From IMG/VR virus record IMGVR_UViG_3300035701_000001: a stretch of DNA of 64,000 bases; one strand, written 5' to 3'. Source of the stretch: a virus. Made by a program: the position numbers and the translations under genes. Positions 26,918 through 35,558 of the stretch are shown here, one piece after another. The notes under the pieces are model-generated. The model worked only from the letters and a program-made list of their open reading frames with translations, made no database searches and had not been told where the DNA came from. Position 1 is the stretch's first letter. Each line of letters starts with the position of its first letter.

Positions 26918-27443
26918 CCCCTCCGCCATCCTGCTCGTCCCTACACCCGAGTATACCGAGGTTCTCTTCCGTACTGGCCCCTGTGGAGCCCGACCTCCAC
27001 TGGTCGGTCGCTTTGCGGTCGCAGGGACCGCGAAGTGCCCTCACTGCCAGAAAACGCTTCGCTACAGCCCCCCTCCAACCGAGCAGACCTCCGATCTCTG
27101 GTGTTGCGATTCCTGCGACCAGTCGTGGTACGAACGGCAGATCTACGACTTCTCGGAGCATCGCTGGGAAACCTACCGGGGCTGGAAACCGGTTCCCATG
27201 CAGTGGGATCGCTGTGCACTGGTCCTTGCCTGGGAAGGCAAACCGTTGGAAGAAGGCCTTTTCCGTGCAGTCCGTGCACTGGGAAAGGACCATGGAAGGC
27301 TCGAACGGATCCAGGCGTACCTGAACTGCATCGAAATGAGGGGGATTCCCGATCTCCTGGAAACCTGCCAGTACCATAGGCTTGATACGTTGGGCACGTT
27401 GATCCACCTCGACGCGGAAGGCAAGGAGGTCTCCGGTGGCTGA
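26910..27443 (+). CDS. array paralog 3
   Basis: ATGGCTGA overlap; TGPCGARPP, CPHC..CDSC insert, HLDAEGKEV. Confidence 0.85.
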   Translation: MADPSAILLVPTPEYTEVLFRTGPCGARPPLVGRFAVAGTAKCPHCQKTLRYSPPPTEQTSDLWCCDSCDQSWYERQIYDFSEHRWETYRGWKPVPMQWDRCALVLAWEGKPLEEGLFRAVRALGKDHGRLERIQAYLNCIEMRGIPDLLETCQYHRLDTLGTLIHLDAEGKEVSGG

Positions 27444-27861
27444 CGTCCATGCCCTCTTGCTCGTCCCCCCCAAGAGAGATCCGAAGGGCCTGCTCCGCGA
27501 AGGACCCTGCGGGGCAAGGCCTCCCAATGTCCACTGGACGACCTGTCCGGTGCACGGGCGCAGTGCCCTGGTCTCCAACGACAAACTTCCACCCGCACCT
27601 TGCCCTGAGTACGCCTGCGGACCCATCCACACCCACGAGGCCCTCGTGCTTGCGTGGGACGGACAGCCGGTGGACGAGGGAATCGACCGGGCCGTCCGGG
27701 TTTTGGGTTTTCACCGGAGCCATGTCTACAAGATCGTGATGGCCCATCTGGGACTGCTGAAAGGCCCCGAGAACCTGCTGCGCTGGTTGCGGGACGATTC
27801 GGTGAATCTCGGTACGCTCATCCGGCTCGACGAAGATGGAAAGGAGATCTCCGATAGCTGA
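27436..27861 (+). CDS. array paralog 4
   Basis: GTGGCTGA overlap; CPVHG insert. Confidence 0.85.
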   Translation: MADVHALLLVPPKRDPKGLLREGPCGARPPNVHWTTCPVHGRSALVSNDKLPPAPCPEYACGPIHTHEALVLAWDGQPVDEGIDRAVRVLGFHRSHVYKIVMAHLGLLKGPENLLRWLRDDSVNLGTLIRLDEDGKEISDS

Positions 27862-28270
27862 CCCCTTCGCCGTCCTGTTCGTTCCCACCGAAGAACATCG
27901 GGAAGCCCTGCTGCACCGTGGCCCGTGCGGAGCCCGGCCGCCGATGGCACAAATCAACTCTCTTCTCGTTGGTGACAAATGGGTGCCGATCTGGGTCGAG
28001 GTGACGTATGAGTATAGACCTGGATTCGCACTCGTTCTTGCCTGGGAAGACAAGTCCGTTCTCGAAGGGCTGGAACGACTGCACCACCATGCAACGGAGT
28101 TCTCCCTCGCTGAGAAATGCCGATGGAAATGGAACCTGAAGGCCCCTTCGGACTGGATGGTCCCTGACCAGGTTTTCGAAGTCGTACAAGTCGCCCGGCT
28201 TGCCGAGGAAATGGGGCTTGGAACCGTTGTCTGCCTCGATGCGGAAGGCAAGGAGATCTCCCATGGCTGA
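27854..28270 (+). CDS. array paralog 5 (ATA at the homologous start; alternative ATG at 27836)
   Basis: ATAGCTGA overlap after AAGGAG; HRGPCGARPP, LVLAWED, CLDAEGKEI. Confidence 0.8.
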   Translation: MADPFAVLFVPTEEHREALLHRGPCGARPPMAQINSLLVGDKWVPIWVEVTYEYRPGFALVLAWEDKSVLEGLERLHHHATEFSLAEKCRWKWNLKAPSDWMVPDQVFEVVQVARLAEEMGLGTVVCLDAEGKEISHG

Positions 28271-28697
28271 TCTCTTCGCCGTCCTGCTCGTCCCCTCTCC
28301 CGAGCACCTGGAACTCACGCTCGATGGTCCCTACGGAGCCCGGCCCCCAACGGCCCGTGCCTTCACGTGCCCCGTGCACGGTCGGGGCCCCTGGTACGTC
28401 CACAACTACGCGCTGAGCACACGCTGCTGCAGTTCCGTGAAGGCAGATTCCACCTGTACGAAAGATTGTCCTCCCACCGTCGGCCTCGTGCTGGCCTGGG
28501 ACGGAAAACCCATCGAGATGGGCATGTTCTATGCAGTACGCGCTCTCGAAAAAGCCATCGGTAGACGCCACGAAATTTTTGTGTCCTGGCACTGTGTCGA
28601 CATGGACAACGTGAGGAATCTGCGACATGACTGCCTTGGCCATGAACTTGGAAAGTTCCTCAGTCTAAACGCCGATGGACGGGAGATGAACCCATGA
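28263..28697 (+). CDS. array paralog 6
   Basis: ATGGCTGA overlap; DGPYGARPP, CPVHG insert. Confidence 0.85.
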   Translation: MADLFAVLLVPSPEHLELTLDGPYGARPPTARAFTCPVHGRGPWYVHNYALSTRCCSSVKADSTCTKDCPPTVGLVLAWDGKPIEMGMFYAVRALEKAIGRRHEIFVSWHCVDMDNVRNLRHDCLGHELGKFLSLNADGREMNP

Positions 28698-29764
28698 GCG
28701 ATGTGGGAACTCCCATTCTACTGACGCGAGACGCCTTCCGAACTGCCGTGTTCGAGCGGGACCAGTACCGGTGTGTGCTCTGCGAAAAACCAGCCGCCGA
28801 TGCCCATCATATCCTCGACCGTCGTCTCTGGCCCGACGAGGGCTACTACCTGGAAAACGGGGCCTCGGTCTGCCCCGAGCACCACATCCTATGTGAACAG
28901 ACCGTAGTCTCCTGCGAGGAACTCCGGGAACGGTGTGGTATTACCCACGCCATCCTTCCTCCGCACCTCTACGATGACGGGGACTCCCACTATGACAAGT
29001 GGGGCAACCCGATCCTCTCGAACGGAATGCGGATGCGGGGGGAACTGTTCTTCGACGAGTCCGTCCAGAAAGTCCTCGTGGAAGGAAGGGTTCTCGGCCT
29101 CTTCACCCAGTACGTGAAATATCCGAGGACGTACCACCTCCCCTGGAGTCCTGGAGTCACAAAAGACGACCGGGTGCAGACCGATCTTTCGGCCTTCAAG
29201 GGGCAGGAGGTGGTGGCAACCGTCAAGATGGACGGGGAAAACACGACTTTTTACCGGAACTATATCCACGCCCGGTCCCTGGAGTACCGGCCACGGGTAG
29301 ACCGCGACCGGGTGAAAGCCCTCCATGCGGTCCTTTCCCACGAGATCCCTTATGGATGGCGCATTTGCGGCGAAAACCTCTGGGCAGAGCACAGCATCCG
29401 CTACGAGCACCTTCCGTCCATCTTTCAGGTCTTCTCGGTCTGGGACGATCAAAACCACTGCCTTCCGTGGGACGAAACGGTGGAATGGGTAGCCATGCTC
29501 GATCTACATATGGTTCCAGTGCTGTACCGAGGCCCTTGGGATGAAGCCCGTGTCCGGTCGCTCTATGTCCCGACGTTTCAAGACGAAGCGTGCGAGGGGT
29601 TCGTGATTCGAGTCACTGCAGGGTTCCGCTATGGGGAATTCCGCCGGAAAGTCGCCAAGTACGTCCGGGAGGGGCATGTCCGGACACAGGCCCATTGGAC
29701 CCGTTCCATCCGACCCAATGGTCTTCGGATCGATACTGAAGGAAAGGAGACTCCCCATGTCTGA
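28694..29764 (+). CDS. HNH endonuclease-RNA ligase fusion
   Basis: N-term VFERDQYRCVLC...AHHI...NGASVCPEHH (HNH); C-term KYPRTYHLPWSPG, KMDGEN (I), CGEN (III), EGFVIR (IV), AKYVR (V). Confidence 0.9.
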   Translation: MSDVGTPILLTRDAFRTAVFERDQYRCVLCEKPAADAHHILDRRLWPDEGYYLENGASVCPEHHILCEQTVVSCEELRERCGITHAILPPHLYDDGDSHYDKWGNPILSNGMRMRGELFFDESVQKVLVEGRVLGLFTQYVKYPRTYHLPWSPGVTKDDRVQTDLSAFKGQEVVATVKMDGENTTFYRNYIHARSLEYRPRVDRDRVKALHAVLSHEIPYGWRICGENLWAEHSIRYEHLPSIFQVFSVWDDQNHCLPWDETVEWVAMLDLHMVPVLYRGPWDEARVRSLYVPTFQDEACEGFVIRVTAGFRYGEFRRKVAKYVREGHVRTQAHWTRSIRPNGLRIDTEGKETPHV

Positions 29765-30152
29765 TGTGTGGACCATCCTGCTCATTCCAAAGAAAGAGGA
29801 CCCGTTTGGAATCCTTCGGAGAGGACCGTTCGGAGCCCAGCCCCCGACTCTGATGAACTTCTCATCCAACCCGACCTCGAACAAGTCGGGGAGATGGGAC
29901 TGCTCGGTTCACATTCCAGATCAGCCAGGTTGGAAATCTCCACCGGAAGCACTCGTCCTCGCCCACGAAAGGGGTGTGGTCGAGGAGGGGGTTGTCTGGC
30001 TCGCAATGCGGTGTCCACCGATTGTCTACGGAAACCTGTACGGCCCGATCTTCGGCATGCTCAAGGAAGGATGGGTGTACGAACCGCTTGAGGAGGTGGG
30101 TACGGTCCTCCTGCTCGACCGGGAAGGGAAGGAGATCCAGCCGAGAACATGA
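29757..30152 (+). CDS. array paralog 7
   Basis: ATGTCTGA overlap; RGPFGAQPP, ALVLAHE, LLDREGKEI. Confidence 0.85.
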   Translation: MSDVWTILLIPKKEDPFGILRRGPFGAQPPTLMNFSSNPTSNKSGRWDCSVHIPDQPGWKSPPEALVLAHERGVVEEGVVWLAMRCPPIVYGNLYGPIFGMLKEGWVYEPLEEVGTVLLLDREGKEIQPRT

Positions 30153-30189
30153 AACGGGAGATCCTGTTCGAATTCTTGGGAGGTGTCCG

Positions 30190-30687
30190 ATGGGTGACGG
30201 GAAGGCGATTCTGCTGATTCCAGCCAAGGGAGACCCGTTGGATCTGCTGGCAGAAGAGGGACCCTGTGGGGCTCTTCCGCCCAGAGCATGGTGCCACCGG
30301 ACTCCTGCTCGGGTCCACGAAGCATGCCAGGACTGCGATGATCTGCGTGATCTGCACCAGGGAGAGGACGGAGACTGGTGCTTCCACTGCACGGAGTGCC
30401 ACGAGCGATGGCCCTGTCTGGAGGCTGGTAAGGAGGTCGAGCCTCCCTCCGAGACATGGGAACCGGGTGGACGGTTTCCCGATGCCCTCGTGCTGGCCTG
30501 GGATGGAAAAACACTGGGTTACGGCTGCCTGTGGCTCGCAGAAAGAGCCGGTCACGTGGTGCCTGGCTTGATCCGAGGCAAGGTTGACTTCCTGCTCTCA
30601 GGTATCGGAGACATGCCGGGATTCCTCGGGGAGTACGGAACCGTCGTCCTACTGGATGTGGAAGGCAAGGAGGTTTCCCGTGGTTGA
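30190..30687 (+). CDS. array paralog 8
   Basis: GGAGGTG RBS; EGPCGALPP; insert similar to paralog 1. Confidence 0.85.
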   Translation: MGDGKAILLIPAKGDPLDLLAEEGPCGALPPRAWCHRTPARVHEACQDCDDLRDLHQGEDGDWCFHCTECHERWPCLEAGKEVEPPSETWEPGGRFPDALVLAWDGKTLGYGCLWLAERAGHVVPGLIRGKVDFLLSGIGDMPGFLGEYGTVVLLDVEGKEVSRG

Positions 30688-31111
30688 TGTGCACTCGGTC
30701 CTGCTTGTTCCGTCTCCCGAGCATGTCAAAGCACTACTGTGCTGTGGACCTTGCGGAGCCCGTCCTCCAATGGCACACCGTGCTGTACGCCCCATGGGTG
30801 CAGACTTCGAAATGTTCTGGTGTGGAGCACAACTCACTGAGACTCCGTGGGGAACTGGATTTGTTCTTGTCCTTGCATGGGAAGGGGAGACGGTTCCCGA
30901 AGGAATGGATCGTGTGACTCGCTGCGTTGAAAAGAAGGGACAAATGGTGGATTCAGAGCACGAAAAGCACAACAACCTTTTTGCTGCAAACTGGATACAT
31001 CAAGCGAATTTTTCGGATTTGAACAACAAGAAAAGCGGTGTACCTGCATTATTGCTCCAGTTTGGAACCCTCGTCTTTCTCGATGCGAACGGCAAGGAGA
31101 TTCAGCCATGA
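30680..31111 (+). CDS. array paralog 9 (AT-shifted codons)
   Basis: GTGGTTGA overlap; CGPCGARPP, LVLAWEG, FLDANGKEI. Confidence 0.85.
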   Translation: MVDVHSVLLVPSPEHVKALLCCGPCGARPPMAHRAVRPMGADFEMFWCGAQLTETPWGTGFVLVLAWEGETVPEGMDRVTRCVEKKGQMVDSEHEKHNNLFAANWIHQANFSDLNNKKSGVPALLLQFGTLVFLDANGKEIQP

Positions 31112-31518
31112 CGAAACGGCTTCTCTGTGCCATTCTGCTGATTCCCGCCCTGGAAGATCCGCTGGGACTTCTCCAGGAAGGCCCCTGTGGAGCCAGGCCT
31201 CCCCTGGCAATGAAGCCGGACTGCGAAATCCACGGGGCCCAGTGGATCCTCGGCAAGGAAGTTCCCTGCTGCCAGAACGCAGGACACAGCATTCTCATGG
31301 GAAACTGCGTGGAGGCCCTTGTACTCGTCTGGGACGGCAAACCGGTCCGCGAAGGGTGCGGGAAGCTGGAAGAAGCCTGGATGCCCTATGTGGCCGTCCG
31401 CTGGATTGACCAGGTTCTCCTGGAGATCCTGCAGGGAACCTCACGCAAGTCTCTCGGGGAAGATTGCCCCGGAACGCTCGTGTTCCTCGATGCCGAAAGG
31501 CGGGAGATCACTCCATGA
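31108..31518 (+). CDS. array paralog 10
   Basis: EGPCGARPP, CEIHG insert, FLDAERREI. Confidence 0.85.
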   Translation: MTKRLLCAILLIPALEDPLGLLQEGPCGARPPLAMKPDCEIHGAQWILGKEVPCCQNAGHSILMGNCVEALVLVWDGKPVREGCGKLEEAWMPYVAVRWIDQVLLEILQGTSRKSLGEDCPGTLVFLDAERREITP

Positions 31519-31925
31519 CTACTACTCCTGTCCACGCCGTTCTGCTCACCCCGGAGAAGGGGGACCCTCTCGGCCTGCTCCACGGGGAACCGTGCGGAGC
31601 CAAACCCCCCATCGCGTTTCGCGTGGACTGCAAGATCCACGGGGTTGGATGGTTCGCGGCCAACGAGAAACCCTGCTGCCTGAACGCGGGAATCCACCTC
31701 ATGGCAGGAGAGTCCACGGAAGCTCTGGTCCTCGTCTGGAAGGGAGAACCCGTTCCGATGGGGATGGACCGGGTACGTCGCTGTGGGCTCGACATCGAGG
31801 ACGACGAGGTCCTTCGGAACGCAGAAGATTGGGCGACCATCGGAATCATGGAGGGGACCGTCGTTCTGCTCGATGTACGGGGGACCAAAGGCCCTCCCAC
31901 TCACTGCAGCCGAACAGAACCGTAG
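31515..31925 (+). CDS. array paralog 11
   Basis: GEPCGAKPP, CKIHG insert, GTVVLLD with diverged tail. Confidence 0.85.
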   Translation: MTTTPVHAVLLTPEKGDPLGLLHGEPCGAKPPIAFRVDCKIHGVGWFAANEKPCCLNAGIHLMAGESTEALVLVWKGEPVPMGMDRVRRCGLDIEDDEVLRNAEDWATIGIMEGTVVLLDVRGTKGPPTHCSRTEP

Positions 31926-31937
31926 AAGGTAAATTCC

Positions 31938-32405
31938 ATGAAGAAGACCTCTGCTTCGACAATGAAACGGTCCGCTCTCCTCCTGGTCCCGGATCCGGGC
32001 TTTCCCGAAGGCCTGCTCCGGGAAGGACCCTGTGGGGCAAAGCCACCCGTCCTCGCCCGTGCGGAAGGCCTTGCCCTCAAGGAATGGGTCGATACGGGCT
32101 GGGGGCCGGACTTTACCGACCTCGGACCAGGATTCCGCAACCTCCAGCGGGCGCTCGTCCTCGTCTGGGAAGGAGAACCCGTTCCCGAAGGGATGCACCG
32201 GCTGGCGGATTGCCTGACTTCCCTGCTGGAAAAAAATCCGAACATGACCCCCTTTACGTTCCTGACACAGGGGATGTCCGGCCCGATGGTGCTCGGCAAG
32301 TGCGCCGAGCAGGCGGGGCTCGGAACCCTGGTGCTCCTCGACGAGGAAGGCAAGGAAATTCCGAGAACTGCTGACCTGGAAAGGATGGAAAGGGTGGTTT
32401 CATGA
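31938..32405 (+). CDS. array paralog 12
   Basis: EGPCGAKPP, LVLVWEG, LLDEEGKEI. Confidence 0.85.
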   Translation: MKKTSASTMKRSALLLVPDPGFPEGLLREGPCGAKPPVLARAEGLALKEWVDTGWGPDFTDLGPGFRNLQRALVLVWEGEPVPEGMHRLADCLTSLLEKNPNMTPFTFLTQGMSGPMVLGKCAEQAGLGTLVLLDEEGKEIPRTADLERMERVVS

Positions 32406-32683
32406 AGGATAACCCAGCCTGGATCGCAGCCATCCTGGCGAGCATTCCCCCGGCAGGGATCGTGGCCAACACCGAATACCCGATTCGTATAGGAGAGACG
32501 GAAGCCGTTCCTCCGCCGGACCCGACTCTTCCTCTGGACTTCTCGACCGCTGCCACGCCAAGACCCCGAAAGGGGTCCTTCCATCGGCCCGGCTTTGACG
32601 AAAAGGCCTTCTGGGAGAAGGTCGAGCACCGCCGGAAGAAGAACAAGGTGGCTCGCAAGGCCCGCAGGAAAAACAAGAAGTAA
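32402..32683 (+). CDS. small basic hypothetical protein
   Basis: ATGA coupling; Arg/Lys-rich tail. Confidence 0.6.
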   Translation: MKDNPAWIAAILASIPPAGIVANTEYPIRIGETEAVPPPDPTLPLDFSTAATPRPRKGSFHRPGFDEKAFWEKVEHRRKKNKVARKARRKNKK

Positions 32684-32696
32684 CGGGAGAAACACC

Positions 32697-33110
32697 ATGC
32701 CTATTGACCAGGCAGTCCTCGACGAAGCTATTGCAGCATTCCATGGAGCCAAGAACGCCAAAAAGGAAGCGGACGATGCGTTGTGTCTTGCACGGAAGCG
32801 CATTGACCTGGCCTACCAGGAAGTACAGCAAGCTCGCATCCGATGGTGCGAGGCCATAAAAGGATCTGGACAAGAAGCCGCTTTCCTCGTTCCATGGGAA
32901 CACATTGCCTGGAGTGATTCCAAGAAACAGTGGCAACCCATGGGAGGTTCCCACTGCATGCAGGCCATCGAGGAATTCGTCCTGCTCGCAGGCGTTCTCG
33001 GAACCTCCGTTTCCTTCGAGTTCAACGGAACGGTACTGTCCGTGGACTCTGGTTCGAACCCGAGCAGGATCGAGGTTATCTACTGGGAAAAACGGGGTGT
33101 GTCATGGTGA
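32697..33110 (+). CDS. hypothetical protein
   Basis: GGGAG RBS. Confidence 0.65.
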   Translation: MPIDQAVLDEAIAAFHGAKNAKKEADDALCLARKRIDLAYQEVQQARIRWCEAIKGSGQEAAFLVPWEHIAWSDSKKQWQPMGGSHCMQAIEEFVLLAGVLGTSVSFEFNGTVLSVDSGSNPSRIEVIYWEKRGVSW

Positions 33111-33631
33111 TGACCGACCTCTCTTCTCTTCCCGATCTCACGGAAGAGGAAAAGGACCTGGCCTCCGTTTCCCCCATTCGGGCCATCAAGGCGGTTCGAG
33201 CACGGACAAATCTCAGCCTCTGGGAATCGAAGCGCCGCATCGACACCTACCTGGATTCCAGGAAATGCCTTCAGCAAGAGTTTCCACTCTTGTTCTTCAA
33301 CGGACAGACCTACAACCTGCGGGAGTTGGAGGTCCAACTCCAGGTATTGCGGCGGCTTGTCGAGGCCGATTCCGTCCGGTGTCCTTCAATCGGACTCCCT
33401 GTGTGGGAACGCTACCACTACGATGGAGACTTCACCGGAATACTCGCTGAGGGATGGAAGTTCGGGAACGTCTTGTATACGAGTCAGGAATGGCCCCATC
33501 CTCCCCCCAGCATTCTCATCCAGATCGTGGTTCTCGACCTCTCCCAGTTCTTCCCCGTCACCGTGAACAGCCCCGAAGACCTCGATCTCCGGGCGCTCCA
33601 TGCCGTCGCCTTGCACCGGATTGCCTCGTGA
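33110..33631 (+). CDS. protein with N-terminal ribosomal L7/L12-CTD-like helical motif
   Basis: PIRAIKAVRARTNLSLWESKRRID resembles KIxAIKxVRxxTGLGLxEAKxxVD. Confidence 0.6.
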   Translation: MTDLSSLPDLTEEEKDLASVSPIRAIKAVRARTNLSLWESKRRIDTYLDSRKCLQQEFPLLFFNGQTYNLRELEVQLQVLRRLVEADSVRCPSIGLPVWERYHYDGDFTGILAEGWKFGNVLYTSQEWPHPPPSILIQIVVLDLSQFFPVTVNSPEDLDLRALHAVALHRIAS

Positions 33632-34113
33632 ATCCGACCCCCCACAGGGAATGGTTCTTGGAGAGGGTCCTCGGTCCCCTGTTCGAACCAATCCTCCTCT
33701 CTCTCGTCGACTGGGAAGAAGAAGTGGACAAGGCCACCTCAATTCTCCTGGTTGCGACCCTTCGATTCCTTGCAAAGGTACAGAGGGAGTACCTCGATGC
33801 GCGGCGCAAGGAGGCTCTCTTACCGGATCAGACGACGATGACCTTCTGTTGGAAGGAGGACAAACCGGGACTCGTCTACCTGGAAAGCGTCCAGAAGGCT
33901 CCGATGATTGCAGAGAACGTCGTCTGGATTTCGAAGCGGACTTCCCATATGGCCAACCCGGTAAACTTGCAAGACCTGATCCATTCCGAAGTCGAAGTCC
34001 ACTGTTCCTTCCTCCTCCTGCTCCCCACCGTCCAGGAGAAGGTGGAGAGGTCGGTGTACAAATTGATCCGTCACAAGCTCGATTACCCTCATGTGCTGGA
34101 GTCGATTTCATGA
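33628..34113 (+). CDS. hypothetical protein
   Basis: GTGA/ATGA coupling. Confidence 0.6.
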   Translation: MNPTPHREWFLERVLGPLFEPILLSLVDWEEEVDKATSILLVATLRFLAKVQREYLDARRKEALLPDQTTMTFCWKEDKPGLVYLESVQKAPMIAENVVWISKRTSHMANPVNLQDLIHSEVEVHCSFLLLLPTVQEKVERSVYKLIRHKLDYPHVLESIS

Positions 34114-34418
34114 GCCATGCAAGCGATGTTGCGACGTGGATCCGGGAGACAGAGAAGCTGCGCGTCGTGTCCTGGACTCCTTCTCTCGAAGCCGAACGTC
34201 TCATCGGTATCTACGAAGTTGCCAAGCGCAGGATTCTCGCAGGGCGGTTCAACGGAGGCAACCTCTCGACAGATCAGCAGACGGGAAGCCTGCTTGTCAT
34301 CTACGGACCCAACGCCCTTGCCGCGCTGGATTTGCAGCCCGAGTCCCTCCGGAAGACGGGGGAACGGCAATGGCCTGGCCTGCGGGAACGGATTGTGAAG
34401 GCCTTGAAGGAAACGTGA
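34110..34418 (+). CDS. hypothetical protein
   Basis: ATGA coupling. Confidence 0.6.
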   Translation: MSHASDVATWIRETEKLRVVSWTPSLEAERLIGIYEVAKRRILAGRFNGGNLSTDQQTGSLLVIYGPNALAALDLQPESLRKTGERQWPGLRERIVKALKET

Positions 34419-34452
34419 TGAGTTTACGGGATTTTTCCCGAGGGAGAAGGGC

Positions 34453-35058
34453 ATGAATCTGAACATCGAAAAGACACAGGTCATCGAGAATGCACGGGTT
34501 CTCCAGGGGTTGTTGGAAAGAGCCCATGAAGCTGGATTCGGCCGATGGGTTTCCCATGCCGAGAACCAGGTTTTCCAGGATGAAACAGAGTGGATTCCCG
34601 ACATCCTCTCGTTCACCTACCGGGGAACACAGTTCTTCGCTCGGGTCGAAGAAACCGAGGTGGTCGTGGAGCACGCCGATGAAAACCGCCAGCATCCCGA
34701 GGTAGGACGAGTGGTCTTCTCCTCCCAAGAACCCCTGGACATCGTGAATGTCGTCCTTCGGATCCAGGCCCTGCTGAACCCACTCATCCCCTTGGACATC
34801 TGTCTCACAAAAGAGGGGGATACCCTCGGGTTCCGGTACGACAAAGGGGCGGATACGGAGCCGATCCGCACCGAGTATCCCTATACACTCCACGTTTTTG
34901 CATTCCACAGAGTCTGCGGCGGTGAGGTTTTCGCGTGCCGTACGTCTCCGACCCACATCGCGATGTGCTGCAAGGCCTGCTACCTGCGTGTCGTCCTTCC
35001 GGACACAGTCTTGACATTGGGGGACTTGAGGGCATGGGCAGTTAGGAACAGTTCATGA
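34453..35058 (+). CDS. hypothetical protein, C-terminal Cys cluster
   Basis: GGAG RBS. Confidence 0.65.
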   Translation: MNLNIEKTQVIENARVLQGLLERAHEAGFGRWVSHAENQVFQDETEWIPDILSFTYRGTQFFARVEETEVVVEHADENRQHPEVGRVVFSSQEPLDIVNVVLRIQALLNPLIPLDICLTKEGDTLGFRYDKGADTEPIRTEYPYTLHVFAFHRVCGGEVFACRTSPTHIAMCCKACYLRVVLPDTVLTLGDLRAWAVRNSS

Positions 35059-35558
35059 CAAAAGCCAATCCCATCGACGGGGTCTGGTTCATCCTGGCTC
35101 ACCTGGGCAAGGGACCCCTTCTGCCTGAGGACATTCCCCAGGATTACTACCTCGTCTGCACGACGATTCTCGATGGGAACTGGCCCGTCGCCCTGTGGTT
35201 CCCTCAAACGGTACGAACCTGTCCGAACGATTTGAACACCCGCAATCAGACCGACCGTTGGGCATCGGAATGCCTGGAATGGTGGAACCGGGGAACGCAG
35301 AGCGGAAAACCCTTCGATCAATGGGTTGAAACTCCACCTCACAACTTCCTTTTCGCGGATTCCAACCTTCCGGGAAACGTGTTCTCCTTTGACAAAGAAG
35401 GAAGTTTGGACCTGAAACTCATCCAGAAGATCTCCGTGCACTTCGTCTGCCTGTTGCGGAGTGTATGGCCTACGTGGTGCATCTGGGGAGATGCCGAGGG
35501 AATTCCCGTGCACCCAAGCTGGAAGACTGCCACGTTCCATGAGGAGGACATCGAATGA
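35055..35558 (+). CDS. hypothetical protein
   Basis: ATGA coupling. Confidence 0.65.
   Translation: MTKANPIDGVWFILAHLGKGPLLPEDIPQDYYLVCTTILDGNWPVALWFPQTVRTCPNDLNTRNQTDRWASECLEWWNRGTQSGKPFDQWVETPPHNFLFADSNLPGNVFSFDKEGSLDLKLIQKISVHFVCLLRSVWPTWCIWGDAEGIPVHPSWKTATFHEEDIE

Noticed and set aside
25933-32405. Integron cassette array or diversity-generating retroelement
   Set aside because: There is no integrase, no attC-type palindromes between genes (they overlap), no reverse transcriptase and no template/variable repeat pair differing only at adenines.
33051-33061. tRNA T-loop-like GGTTCGAACCC
   Set aside because: It lies inside a CDS, and no acceptor, D or anticodon arms can be built around it.
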